A stretch of DNA of 64,000 bases, from the IMG/VR virus record IMGVR_UViG_3300031281_000001; one strand, given 5' to 3'. This document shows positions 1 to 8,986 of the stretch, one piece after another (the stretch's first letter is position 1; each line of letters begins with the position of its first letter). Source of the DNA: an uncultured virus (IMG/VR IMGVR_UViG_3300031281_000001) (lineage: Duplodnaviria; Heunggongvirae; Uroviricota; Caudoviricetes). Position numbers and translations under genes: made by a program. Below the pieces are notes generated by a model. The model was not told the origin of the DNA and ran no database searches. It worked only from the letters and a program-made list of their open reading frames with translations.

Positions 1-318
1 AAAATCACCACCAACTAAAATCTTACCATCAGATTGTACTTTAATACACAATACTAAACCATCAAAACCAGTACCTATATCAAACGAATCATCTACAGTG
101 CCATCATCATTCAAACGAATTAGATAATTATATGTTTCATCTTGATAACTAGTAAAATCACCACCAACTAAAATCTTACCATCAGATTGTACTGATATAC
201 TTTCAACTCCAGCATTAAAACCAGTTCCGATATTAAACGTTGATTCTGGCCCTACTATAACAGTTTCTGAAATAGTATATTTTTTTCTGTTCTGATATGT
301 TACACCAATCGCATTCAT
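1..318 (-). CDS. Partial gene (runs off the window edge) encoding delta-60-type beta-propeller repeats
   Basis: Not in the ORF track. Hand translation from the ATG at 318 gives MNAIGVTY...FNIGTGFNAGVESISVQSDGKILVGGDFTSYQDETYNYLIRLNDDGTVDDSFDIGTGFDGLVLCIKVQSDGKILVGGDF. A 40-nt exact repeat lies at 1-40 and 154-193. Confidence 0.8.
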   Translation of the reverse strand, partial: MNAIGVTYQNRKKYTISETVIVGPESTFNIGTGFNAGVESISVQSDGKILVGGDFTSYQDETYNYLIRLNDDGTVDDSFDIGTGFDGLVLCIKVQSDGKILVGGDF

Positions 319-671
319 TATGTAGTCACCTCCCCTTCTACTATCAATGATCCTTTCATTATAGTACTTACATCAGTTCCATCCGTAAGCTGAATATCAT
401 AATTATATTTTCCGGTAGCAACAAAACCAGTATCCTTTACATTAAATGCAGTAGTAGAAATCGTTATTTTAGGATCAGATCCTGCACTTGAAAATGAACG
501 AATCAATGTCGAAGATACATCACATGTTCTAACTTCCATGTCCAATTGCATACCTGACATATTTAATTCAACTGCATTCTTTTTTACTAAAAAAGAAACA
601 TCAATAGTATCATTCTGAATAAACACAAGGTCTATTTCTGCGGGTTCGACGTTATATATTACTGTTGCCAT
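318..671 (-). CDS. Putative virion structural protein (beta-sandwich, BppU N-terminal-like)
   Basis: 117 aa with the pattern 'IQNDT...GKYNYDIQLTDG..VSTIMKG.LIVEGEVT', seen in phage tail accessory proteins. Confidence 0.5.
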   Translation of the reverse strand: MATVIYNVEPAEIDLVFIQNDTIDVSFLVKKNAVELNMSGMQLDMEVRTCDVSSTLIRSFSSAGSDPKITISTTAFNVKDTGFVATGKYNYDIQLTDGTDVSTIMKGSLIVEGEVTT

Positions 672-678
672 ACAGCAT

Positions 679-870
679 TTATTTTTTTACGTTTATTGCT
701 TGCACCCCTTTCTTTGTACTTTCCAAGTCAAAGGAAACAACATCATTATCATTTACACTGCCTTGTACTTTTGTACAATGAAAAAACAACTCTGGTTCTT
801 TTACATCATCCGGAATAATAAATCCGTATCCTTTTGCTTTGTTAAAAAATTTTACTTTACCTGTACTCAT
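679..870 (-). CDS. csp: Cold-shock domain protein
   Basis: MSTGKVKFFNKAKGYGFI (RNP1), LFFH (RNP2) and KGVQAINV form the canonical CspA family pattern. Confidence 0.93.
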   Translation of the reverse strand: MSTGKVKFFNKAKGYGFIIPDDVKEPELFFHCTKVQGSVNDNDVVSFDLESTKKGVQAINVKK

Positions 871-902
871 AATTTTTTATTCAATAAATTAATAAAACAT
901 TT

Positions 903-2438
903 TTAGGTTATTCTTCCAGCCACTCTTCTTCCTGCAATCAAATTAAAACCAGCAGACGCGGCATCAACCTGATCTTTATACTTTCCATTTGGAAAGAAAC
1001 GGTGCTCTTCGATAAAATCTTTATTCCATTCTCCTCTCAGCAACATTACGTTTCCTTCATTCACCTGTACGGCATAGGGTTGAGCTCGATACTCTTTATC
1101 ACCTTTAGGTAAATCTTTAATCACAACAAATCCTGCAAGATTTCGAATTGTTCCTTCTGCACTCTCTTTGCCACCAGAACCTGGCTCCTGTTCTATTCCC
1201 ACTAAAACATCCCTTCCATCCATTTCAGCAGTTTGCAATATAATACGCTCCCTTTTTTCTACATCCCATTGGCCTTTTCTAACATCTACCACAATAAATC
1301 GATTATTACTAAGTCTTAACATTTTAACGCCTGCCGTACGTTTTCCACCATCTTTCGTAGCAGCCTTGTCCCAATAACGAATTGTTTGAACCCAATGAGT
1401 ATCATTTGGAAGATGATCAATTATTTGAAAATTGTCTACTTTAAACAAACCTCCTCCTGGAGGTGTAGGAAATTGCCCGACCTGTCCTGCATATCCATAA
1501 ACCCCCAAATCAGCCCGCATTTCATCTAACGCCGTTTGCGGCAAACGAACAGGATCTAATAAGTTGTTTATATAATGTGAAACAAGTTCAGGAGGGTTGA
1601 CTTTTTCGCGATATTCGTTGATTTCACCTGGAAGGCATATGTGGTGTATCCTTTTACCTTCCAACCTTTTCTCAAGCATGTGTCCGGTAGGGTCGTTTTG
1701 ATGCAGTCGTTGCATTACCATCACCGTAACCGTAACTTCTTTGTCTTTTTTACGGGTTGAAGCCGATTGATTGATCCAATCGTTTGCAGTTTTCAAAAGT
1801 GCTTCCGATACAGCCTGCTTTGGGTTCAAAGGATCGTCCCATATGTTGATGTGCCCATGAAATCCAGTAATTGTACCTCCAGTAGAAGTGGAAAATCTTC
1901 CACCTCCAAATGTAATTTTACACACATACCCACGAGGATCCCTGTGCTTTACTACGATACGGTAGTTCGACTTCTTTTCTTTGTCTTCTTTGAAGTCCAG
2001 ATCGGGGTACAACATTTTAAATTTGTCCGACCGTATAATGTCCCGACTCTTTTCTGCCGATTCGAGTGAAAGGTCTTCCGAATAAGATCCTGTAATAAAA
2101 CACATCCACGGCCATCGTGTCCAGCACCACACGGGAAACATCACCGAGCAGATGATCGTCTTAGTGGTTCCAGGTGGTATGTTGATAATCACATCGTGCA
2201 ACTTCGGTTCCTTTCTACCCACTCTTCCTGCAACCTCTTCCAACTGGGTACACAAATAGGGGATGTGCCAATTCGGTTTGAACTCGTCGTCGCAGATCTC
2301 ACTCCAAAATACTTGAAGAAATTCAAACAGAGTGAGCCCACCAAGCGAATTGATAGCTGCATATGGATTCTCAATAGCATCCTTCAACACACGTTCCCTA
2401 GAGGGAACAATAGGATTTTTAATTGCCTGATATTCCAT
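903..2438 (-). CDS. terL: Terminase large subunit
   Basis: ATPase motifs NIPPGTTKT and IWDDP, MQRLHQND, and nuclease residues YWDKA ... KYKDQVDA. Confidence 0.95.
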   Translation of the reverse strand: MEYQAIKNPIVPSRERVLKDAIENPYAAINSLGGLTLFEFLQVFWSEICDDEFKPNWHIPYLCTQLEEVAGRVGRKEPKLHDVIINIPPGTTKTIICSVMFPVWCWTRWPWMCFITGSYSEDLSLESAEKSRDIIRSDKFKMLYPDLDFKEDKEKKSNYRIVVKHRDPRGYVCKITFGGGRFSTSTGGTITGFHGHINIWDDPLNPKQAVSEALLKTANDWINQSASTRKKDKEVTVTVMVMQRLHQNDPTGHMLEKRLEGKRIHHICLPGEINEYREKVNPPELVSHYINNLLDPVRLPQTALDEMRADLGVYGYAGQVGQFPTPPGGGLFKVDNFQIIDHLPNDTHWVQTIRYWDKAATKDGGKRTAGVKMLRLSNNRFIVVDVRKGQWDVEKRERIILQTAEMDGRDVLVGIEQEPGSGGKESAEGTIRNLAGFVVIKDLPKGDKEYRAQPYAVQVNEGNVMLLRGEWNKDFIEEHRFFPNGKYKDQVDAASAGFNLIAGRRVAGRIT

Positions 2439-3087
2439 GATCCAAAGCGATGTTTTTGATTGCGATCGACTTTACCAAAGCCTGTTCCTCAGGAGTGAGC
2501 AATTTGATAGAAGCTTCGAGCTTCTTGGAAATGTCTACTTGTACATGAGCCTCTATTTCTGTACGATTTGTATCAGACCACGACTCTCTAAATCGATTCT
2601 TCAAGTAGAAAATGATTGCATTGACGTCAGGTGGAATGTGTTTTGTTACTACCCGTTTGAGGGTTTGAATGTTTCCTTGCCGGTCGATGTGTTGTGAAAT
2701 TTCCATTTCGTTGAAGTTGTATCCCAGGCAGCGTTGTCCGAGAGTTTCCCCGATCTTCATTCCAAACAACATGTGCCCTTCGAGCCAAGCTTCCCGAAAG
2801 TCTGGATTAGTGGCTTTCCAATCTTCGACAGTGTCGAGATGCACAGCAAAGAAGTCAGCAATGTCGGAATCCCTCGCACCCAAACGAGCAAGATAATATG
2901 CCTGCCGATAAAATTCATTTTTAAACTTGGTGGGAGTTCCTCTTTTTTTAGCAATTTCAGTACTCATCTTTTCTTTGAAAAGCTCTTCGAGGAAGTCAGC
3001 CGGGGACATTCCATCAGTCCCTTCAGCTATTGGCGATGTATTTGTTACATCTTTTACCCTTTCTATTACTTTTCCCCGTCTTTTCAT
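2419..3087 (-). CDS. terS: Terminase small subunit (HTH)
   Basis: Directly upstream of terL; HTH-like GARDSDIADFFAV..TVEDW and KHIPPDVNAIIFYLKNR. Confidence 0.8.
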   Translation of the reverse strand: MKRRGKVIERVKDVTNTSPIAEGTDGMSPADFLEELFKEKMSTEIAKKRGTPTKFKNEFYRQAYYLARLGARDSDIADFFAVHLDTVEDWKATNPDFREAWLEGHMLFGMKIGETLGQRCLGYNFNEMEISQHIDRQGNIQTLKRVVTKHIPPDVNAIIFYLKNRFRESWSDTNRTEIEAHVQVDISKKLEASIKLLTPEEQALVKSIAIKNIALDHGISGN

Positions 3088-3119
3088 GATTTCAGATTAA
3101 ATTTACAAAAAAAATCGTT

Positions 3120-3151
3120 GTAAATTTAATTCTTTTTCAAATGCGACGCAA
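3120..3151 (-). promoter_or_regulatory. Bacteroidota-type -33/-7 promoter driving terS
   Basis: Minus strand reads TTG-N20-TAAATTTAC, overlapped by a 13-bp inverted repeat at 3096-3130. Confidence 0.6.
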
Positions 3152-4199
3152 GTCCTCTTCAAAAAAAATTATTTCATATAAAAAAACTCTTTGATATCAA
3201 CTTTTAACAGAGAACATGAGTAGAGAATATTTAGTTGAGAAAATCTTCTCTACCATATTTAGATTATCTATAAATTTTCTCTACATTTCTTGCTTTCTCT
3301 ACAAACTTTCTCTAATCCTATTCTCATATAGTATCGATGGGAGTGAGACCCCATTTTTTACTTTTATTAGATCTCTACTAAATTTTAATGTTTTTAAAAA
3401 ATTAACCCAAAATAAAAAACTAACCCCTGTAGCCCGTAAACACTAAATGAGGAAGATTGCCAAAACCTTCTTTTCCCAGTATAAAACATTATTATATTTT
3501 TTCATTTCTATTTTTTCGGAAAATTTTTTGAGAAAATTTTTTTTAATTGGTTTTTTTCATAAATTTTTCTGATTATTTGAGAAGAGGCCCTCACCCCAAA
3601 ATTCAAAGCCAACCCGCCGAACGCCATACCCCCCCTTCTCTATTTGCCCGTAGTGGCCTTCGCCCCGTGTTGGTTCTTTTCTTTTTCTTTCTACTTCGCA
3701 CAATAGTTTGTTTAATGGTTCGCCGGTTCTTTTTTTCGAATACACACAACCCGCATTCTTCCATTTCAATTTAGGCCATTTTGAATATTTGGAATTTCGG
3801 AGGCCTTATGCCTATTGGCCTCACGTGCATGTGTGCGTAAAGCTAGGAAATTCTCACGTGGGCACGGCCCTTTCCCTTCTCTTTTTTATTCATTCTCATT
3901 TTTCTTTCTTACTTTCCTTTCCCCTTTTCTACCTTTACTATTAATTGCACTTACTACTTACATATATATGTATTGTTATGCCCCCTACTTTCTTTTTATT
4001 TTTTAGTAGAGAATATTTATGTTGTTTTTAAGCCTATATTTTAATTATTTTAATTTAATTAATTATTTAATTTTTTATTTAATATTGTAATGTATGGGGC
4101 TTTATTTAACGTTTTGTTGTTTTATGTAGCCTTAGTGCAACTAAGCATGTAAGCATACGTGCAAGGCACGTGGTTATTAGGTTGTAGCCACTCATATAT

Positions 4200-4231
4200 T
4201 TGGAAATAGTACATTTCGGTTGTATATTTAC
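4200..4231 (+). promoter_or_regulatory. Bacteroidota-type -33/-7 promoter for the early region
   Basis: TTG-N20-TATATTTAC, the same spacing as at 3120, 16691 and 23903. Confidence 0.6.
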
Positions 4232-4588
4232 ATATGTTTTTTGAAGTACTTAGAATGTTATACAAAGTGTACGGTTTTACCGTATTGAAATTTTCACCAA
4301 TTCTAAGTAGTTAGTGTAACACCCGGGTAAGTGGGTTCGCCGTTTAAAGTACCTACCAACGTGGCTAACGTACAATAGTGTGCCCTTTGCTTTTTTAGGT
4401 TCATAAAGTAGAAAAAAGCTAATTTTCCAAATAGGAATGAATTTTTGAAAAGTAGGAAAACATTTTGAACCGTATTTTTTTGGTTAGTGTTTTCCTACTT
4501 TCTTTTGATTTGGTGCTAAGTTTTAAAAAGTACGTGAAAACCGTACTACGCATTGCGTTTCGTTTAAACCAAATTAAATTTAAAAATT

Positions 4589-4816
4589 ATGAAAACAATA
4601 AACTTTTCAAAAAGCGAAAAACAATTAATATGTGCGGTTTTCAATAAACACATGAACAACACCCCCTTTAATTATTCTTTCGAAAGCATTCTTGAAAAAA
4701 ATGTTCACGCAAAATACATACGTGCGGCATTAATTGAAGAAAGAAGTAGCGAAAAAAATTCAAATTTGAAAAACCAAAAAATTCAAAGTATTCTTGAAAA
4801 AATATATACGTTGTAA
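4589..4816 (+). CDS. Small early hypothetical protein
   Basis: ORF with the leader AAACCAAATTAAATTTAAAAATTATG shared with neighbouring genes. Confidence 0.7.
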   Translation: MKTINFSKSEKQLICAVFNKHMNNTPFNYSFESILEKNVHAKYIRAALIEERSSEKNSNLKNQKIQSILEKIYTL

Positions 4817-5203
4817 TTTTGCTTTTATAAAAAGCAACCTTTGTGCCCGCTAGTGTTCATTCGCTAGCGGGTTTTCGTGGTAGAAAACGTTCCGTTTTTG
4901 CCGTAAATGCTTTGCGATTTTACGTTTAAAATAGCTTTGCCCAAGTATGCGTTTTAAAAAAATAAGTGAATTTACCATACCCAAAATGGATTTTGCTTAT
5001 TTTATTGGAATAATTATGCTTTCATGTAAAAAAATAGTGTTTTTCATAGTTTGGTTTTCCGGCTAGTATTTATTTGCTAGCGGGTTTTTACCAAAAACAT
5101 GTAAAAAAGTTTGCCCGAAAAATTCCTTTTACAAAAAAGGGTTCAAATTTTGGCCTGGAATTGGTGTACAAAATTGTATAATATACACAAAAACAATACA
5201 TTA

Positions 5204-5219
5204 TGTTCCACGTGGAACA
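5204..5219. promoter_or_regulatory. parS: parS centromere-like site
   Basis: TGTTCCACGTGGAACA is a perfect palindrome fitting the bacterial chromosomal parS consensus; intergenic. Confidence 0.8.
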
Positions 5220-5252
5220 TCCTCACAATAATTTTAAACCAAAAACTTTTTT

Positions 5253-5399
5253 ATGAAAACAATAAAAAACTATGCAATTCGAAAAAAAATTTTTGAATTA
5301 AACAAGAATTTGGAAAAATTCAGGGATTTTCCCCTTCTACGTGAAAAAATAGAAAAAGAAAGAAACGAACTCCTTGAAAAAATTGTAACTAAAAGTTAG
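5253..5399 (+). CDS. Small early hypothetical protein (48 aa)
   Basis: Hand-translated MKTIKNYAIRKKIFELNKNLEKF..., with the AAACCAAAAACTTTTTTATG leader. Confidence 0.6.
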   Translation: MKTIKNYAIRKKIFELNKNLEKFRDFPLLREKIEKERNELLEKIVTKS

Positions 5400-5489
5400 T
5401 TTTTCATAGTTGTTTAGTTTAGTTGGTTTTGCCTCGTGTTCGAAAGGGCACGGGGTTTTGCCGGTAAAAACCAATTAAATTTAAAAATT

Positions 5490-5672
5490 ATGAAAATCTC
5501 AATCTTTTTATACAAATCGGAAAATAGTAACTTGTTGAACATTTTCCAATGTGAAAAAATATCAAATCACACATTCCATTTAAATCTGAATGGTGAAAGG
5601 TTAACCCCCGCTATCAATGCACTCGAGTACGCCCTGGCCGGGCATCAATACGAACTTACTATAAAAAATTAG
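5490..5672 (+). CDS. Small early hypothetical protein
   Basis: Start moved to the ATG at 5490 (MKISIFL), after the conserved leader. Confidence 0.65.
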   Translation: MKISIFLYKSENSNLLNIFQCEKISNHTFHLNLNGERLTPAINALEYALAGHQYELTIKN

Positions 5673-5764
5673 TACAGTTTTTCATTTTTTCTTAATTTAG
5701 GTTTGGTTTGCCCCGCTGGATTAGTTCAGCGGGGTTTTGGCAGTAGAAACCAAAACTTTTAATT

Positions 5765-5995
5765 ATGAAAACGATAAACACATATGTTTTACCATTTTTT
5801 TACCAACATGCTTTAATCGATGGTGATTTTACTGGATTAAATAGAAAAGAAGCGAAAGATTTACACCAATGGATTTTGAATGTTTCCCCTGGAAAATGTA
5901 TAGGGTGTTCAAACAGAAACCCGTACCATTCGAAAAACAATGATATGAGCAATGAACCGGGGTTGGTGCGAGAATATCGCTTTAGAGAAAATTAA
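5765..5995 (+). CDS. Small early hypothetical protein
   Basis: ORF following a hairpin-leader element. Confidence 0.7.
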   Translation: MKTINTYVLPFFYQHALIDGDFTGLNRKEAKDLHQWILNVSPGKCIGCSNRNPYHSKNNDMSNEPGLVREYRFREN

Positions 5996-6066
5996 CATAA
6001 AACTTTGCCCCTTATCTTAAAACGATAAGGGGTTTTGGCCGTAGAAACCATTTAATTTTTAACACC

Positions 6067-6483
6067 ATGAAAACAAAAAATTTAAAAGATCAAAAAAGTT
6101 CAAAAATTGAGAACAACGTAAAAACAGCACCTTTCGTCGCCGAAGAATTTGCCGCAACTGAAGAAGAAACTCTCGAAATTCTTGAAAAAGATTCAATTCT
6201 TGCAAAAGCTTCAACGGCTAAAAAAGAACGTGCCGAAAAAAAGGAAAAGAAAGAAAAAAAAGAAACGATCCACCGTGGAGATTCCGTTTTTGAAGCAATC
6301 AGGGAACTTTGCACCAAAGAAGGGGCAACGATTCGTCAAGTAATGGATCGCGCTAACGAAATTCACGTTTCTAAAGGTGGAAATTCAAATGAAACCGCAA
6401 CGAACATCAATCGTTATTCAATCCAAGCCCTTGTCGCTTTTGACGTTTTAACGGTTGTAAACGGTAAGTACCTTTTGAAGTAA
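6067..6483 (+). CDS. Hypothetical protein, paralog of the C-terminal domain of 23973-24872; possible winged-helix DNA-binding protein
   Basis: Shares VF.AIR.LC..GAT..Q.M...GGNSN.TATN.N.Y..QALVAFDVL with 23973-24872. Confidence 0.75.
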   Translation: MKTKNLKDQKSSKIENNVKTAPFVAEEFAATEEETLEILEKDSILAKASTAKKERAEKKEKKEKKETIHRGDSVFEAIRELCTKEGATIRQVMDRANEIHVSKGGNSNETATNINRYSIQALVAFDVLTVVNGKYLLK

Positions 6484-6585
6484 AAAACGTTTCCTTAATT
6501 TCTCACGTATGAAAACAACAAAAAAGCACCCGATAGTCGAATGGGCTATCGGGTTTTTGTGGTACAAACCATTTAATTTTAGAAA

Positions 6586-6822
6586 ATGAGATTAACTAAA
6601 CAAAAAGAAAATCAAGTCCGCAAAATTATAGCAAAACACAGACTTGTAAAAAAAAGAGTTTCAGAACTCACTAAAAAAGGTTTCAATGTTAGATATTGCC
6701 CAGTCGGAAAAGGAGGAACAGGGCATATACACTATCTGAAATCGGAACTTAGATTACAAATAGGATATGCAAAAGGGGGAGGTTATCAAAATTATGCCGA
6801 AGCAGTAATATTCGAAAATTAA
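6586..6822 (+). CDS. Small early hypothetical protein
   Basis: ORF following a hairpin-leader element. Confidence 0.7.
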   Translation: MRLTKQKENQVRKIIAKHRLVKKRVSELTKKGFNVRYCPVGKGGTGHIHYLKSELRLQIGYAKGGGYQNYAEAVIFEN

Positions 6823-6838
6823 CATAAAACTTAACAAA

Positions 6839-7105
6839 ATGAAAACAAACAAAAATGCTGAACTTGTTTTTAAAAAAACAGTAAAAGGGAGTAATTTTAT
6901 TACCCCACATATAATTGGATTTTACGGCGATGAAAAATATGCGATCGAACTTAGTGAAGGAACGGGATTTGATAATAAAGAGCTATACGGTGTAACTGTT
7001 GTAAAAGATGCTATACATTATAATCCAGATTGCACCTTGTGTTTTTCATTGAAAGAAGCTATGTTTCATATTGAAAAATTAATCACCAAAAACAAAAAAG
7101 CATGA
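6839..7105 (+). CDS. Small early hypothetical protein
   Basis: ORF with an A-rich leader. Confidence 0.7.
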   Translation: MKTNKNAELVFKKTVKGSNFITPHIIGFYGDEKYAIELSEGTGFDNKELYGVTVVKDAIHYNPDCTLCFSLKEAMFHIEKLITKNKKA

Positions 7106-7277
7106 TAACATTTATTATTTTCTTTGCAATTGGATTTATTTCCATTTGTTACGCCACTCGTAATCTGTCTTTTAAAAAAAGATAAAGTTGTCAAAAGTGG
7201 GTTTGTTAGTTAGTTAGTTTAGCCGATATTCGAAAGGATATCGGCTTTTAGTGGTATAAACCAAAAACTTAACAAAA

Positions 7278-7562
7278 ATGAAAATATCAATTTACATCTC
7301 AGAAAAAAACGCCCGCAGTGCAGCTAAATACGACTACGCAAGCATATTTAACTGTAAACCGTCTTCTATAAGGCTTTCAGAATACAAAAGCTACTACGCG
7401 CCAAATAGCATTAAATGTTCTTGCGGCGAAACTGCTTGTTACGAATTTGTGCCTAAAATGAGCAAAAAACAGCAACAAATATGGGCTGAATACCAAGAAA
7501 AAAATGGCATGAACAGATTTTTTTGGTATGGCGTATGTTTAAGTTGTGGTGAAAAATTTTAA
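7278..7562 (+). CDS. Small Cys-containing (CSCG...CLSCG) hypothetical protein
   Basis: ORF following a hairpin-leader element; possible zinc ribbon. Confidence 0.7.
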   Translation: MKISIYISEKNARSAAKYDYASIFNCKPSSIRLSEYKSYYAPNSIKCSCGETACYEFVPKMSKKQQQIWAEYQEKNGMNRFFWYGVCLSCGEKF

Positions 7563-7656
7563 GCCCGCTTTTTACCCGCTAAGTTTTAGGCGGGTTTTGC
7601 CCCTTATCTTAAAACGATAAGGGGTTTTTGTGGTATAACTTGAAAAACAAAAAGCC

Positions 7657-7797
7657 ATGAAACAAATAAAAAGAAAATTGATCGAATGTATTGTAAAAAC
7701 ACACCGATTGAACAAATGTTCAAAAATACAATTTTTGTATACGTTGAATTTAAATCAATTGTCGTTTTTATCAAATTTAAATTGTAAAAACAAATAG
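7657..7797 (+). CDS. Small hypothetical protein (46 aa)
   Basis: Hand-translated MKQIKRKLIEC..., directly after the hairpin at about 7599. Confidence 0.45.
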   Translation: MKQIKRKLIECIVKTHRLNKCSKIQFLYTLNLNQLSFLSNLNCKNK

Positions 7798-7823
7798 GTA
7801 TTAAACTTTTAATTCAAAAAGGT

Positions 7824-8036
7824 ATGAAAGAACATAAAAAAGTAAATTTCTACATCCCCGAAGGGATTACAGGAAAACAGTTTGAAAAGTTTTTACAGCG
7901 TTCCCGCTTACATTTCTTCTTTCCACGAAAGAAAGAAGTAGATCCTACCAAAGAAAACCTAATCAAAAAAGGGATTCGTAATACAATACTTATGAATAAG
8001 TACAATAACAATTTACTAACTAAAATTGAAAAATAA
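7824..8036 (+). CDS. Hypothetical protein
   Basis: ORF co-oriented in the operon. Confidence 0.55.
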   Translation: MKEHKKVNFYIPEGITGKQFEKFLQRSRLHFFFPRKKEVDPTKENLIKKGIRNTILMNKYNNNLLTKIEK

Positions 8037-8191
8037 TGAGCTTAACACTTCTTTTCTTACTTCTTTATTGTATAGGAATATCTTCCTACTACACATCAAA
8101 ACGTATCAAAAAATCGTAAAGTATTAATGGGCCCGTTAATTTAAAAGTTAACGGGTTTTCTTACTCATATATTAATTTAATTAATCATATT

Positions 8192-8752
8192 ATGAAAAAA
8201 ATAAATAACAATTGGGTTGACGATAACAATAACAGATGGGATTGTAATCTGTGTACAGAAGATCATGCACAAAAATATAGTGATTCATTAGTTAATTGCA
8301 GTTATTGCAGTGATTGCAGTTATTGCAGGAATTGCAGTGATTGCAGTTATTGCAGGAATTGCAGTGATTGCAGTTATTGCAGTGATTGCAGTTATTGCAG
8401 GAATTGCAGTTATTGCAGTGATTGCAGTGATTGCAGGAATTGCAGTGATTGCAGTGATTGCAGTGATTGCAGTTATTGCAGGAATTGCAGTTATTGCAGT
8501 TATTGCAGGAATTGCAGAAATTGCAGTGATTTTAAAGAAAACCCAGAACAAATAACTTCCTCAAAAATTGGAAGTAGAAATTCTCAAACGACAATTTACT
8601 GGACAAAAGAAAGAGAATTAGTCGTTTGTGACTGTTTTGAAGGAAATGTTGAAGAATTTAAACAAAGAGTAATTAATACGCATAGAAATAATGAGTATGC
8701 AAAGCAATATTTTAAATTTATTGAAAAAGTAAAAAAATATAGAGAAGAATGA
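8192..8752 (+). CDS. Cys-rich tripeptide repeat protein
   Basis: About 26 CSY/CSD/CRN repeats followed by an IGSR..TT..CDCFEG..EF..RV..TH C-terminal domain. Confidence 0.8.
   Translation: MKKINNNWVDDNNNRWDCNLCTEDHAQKYSDSLVNCSYCSDCSYCRNCSDCSYCRNCSDCSYCSDCSYCRNCSYCSDCSDCRNCSDCSDCSDCSYCRNCSYCSYCRNCRNCSDFKENPEQITSSKIGSRNSQTTIYWTKERELVVCDCFEGNVEEFKQRVINTHRNNEYAKQYFKFIEKVKKYREE
8295..8531 (+). repeat. 9-bp tandem repeat (TGCAGTTAT / TGCAGTGAT / TGCAGGAAT)
   Basis: Directly visible in the sequence. Confidence 0.95.
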
Positions 8753-8785
8753 AAAACTAAAGCGCACACCATTAATTAAAAAAAT

Positions 8786-8986
8786 ATGGAAGAAAAAGTA
8801 AAAATGAGTAAACATTACTATGAAGAAAAAATTGATGATTATATCAGTTTAATTTCAAACGGTGATGTTACAGAACAAGCAAAGGATCGAATGTCGATCG
8901 AAATTAATTGTTATCGAGGATTTATAACGGAACTTGGTAAAATACTACAAGAAGATGATAATATTAGCAGTAGCAAAGAGAAATGA
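8786..8986 (+). CDS. Hypothetical protein
   Basis: ORF in the operon. Confidence 0.55.
   Translation: MEEKVKMSKHYYEEKIDDYISLISNGDVTEQAKDRMSIEINCYRGFITELGKILQEDDNISSSKEK

Larger units (their letters stand above)
4845..8160 (+). repeat. Dispersed family of about 9 intergenic hairpin-plus-leader elements
   Basis: GC hairpin, then TTTT, then usually (G)GTA(G/T/C/A)AAACC, near 4845, 5058, 5431, 5710, 6007, 6527, 7221, 7599 and 8132. The copies near 6005 and 7597 share TTGCCCCTTATCTTAAAACGATAAGGGGTTTT. Confidence 0.8.

Noticed and set aside
1..193. 40-nt direct repeat as an att site or terminal repeat
   Set aside because: In-frame 153-nt period encoding delta-60 protein repeats.
3216..4006. Short ORFs in the divergence region
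   Set aside because: Low-complexity F/L/S-rich translations in overlapping frames with no leader motif; likely non-coding.
8295..8531. CRISPR array or DGR repeat
   Set aside because: Contiguous in-frame 9-bp units with no spacers; no cas or reverse transcriptase gene recognised in the window.
8288..8555. Alternative-frame ORFs of the repeat (AIT and IAV repeats)
   Set aside because: Shadow frames; only the Cys frame has unique flanking domains and a proper leader.
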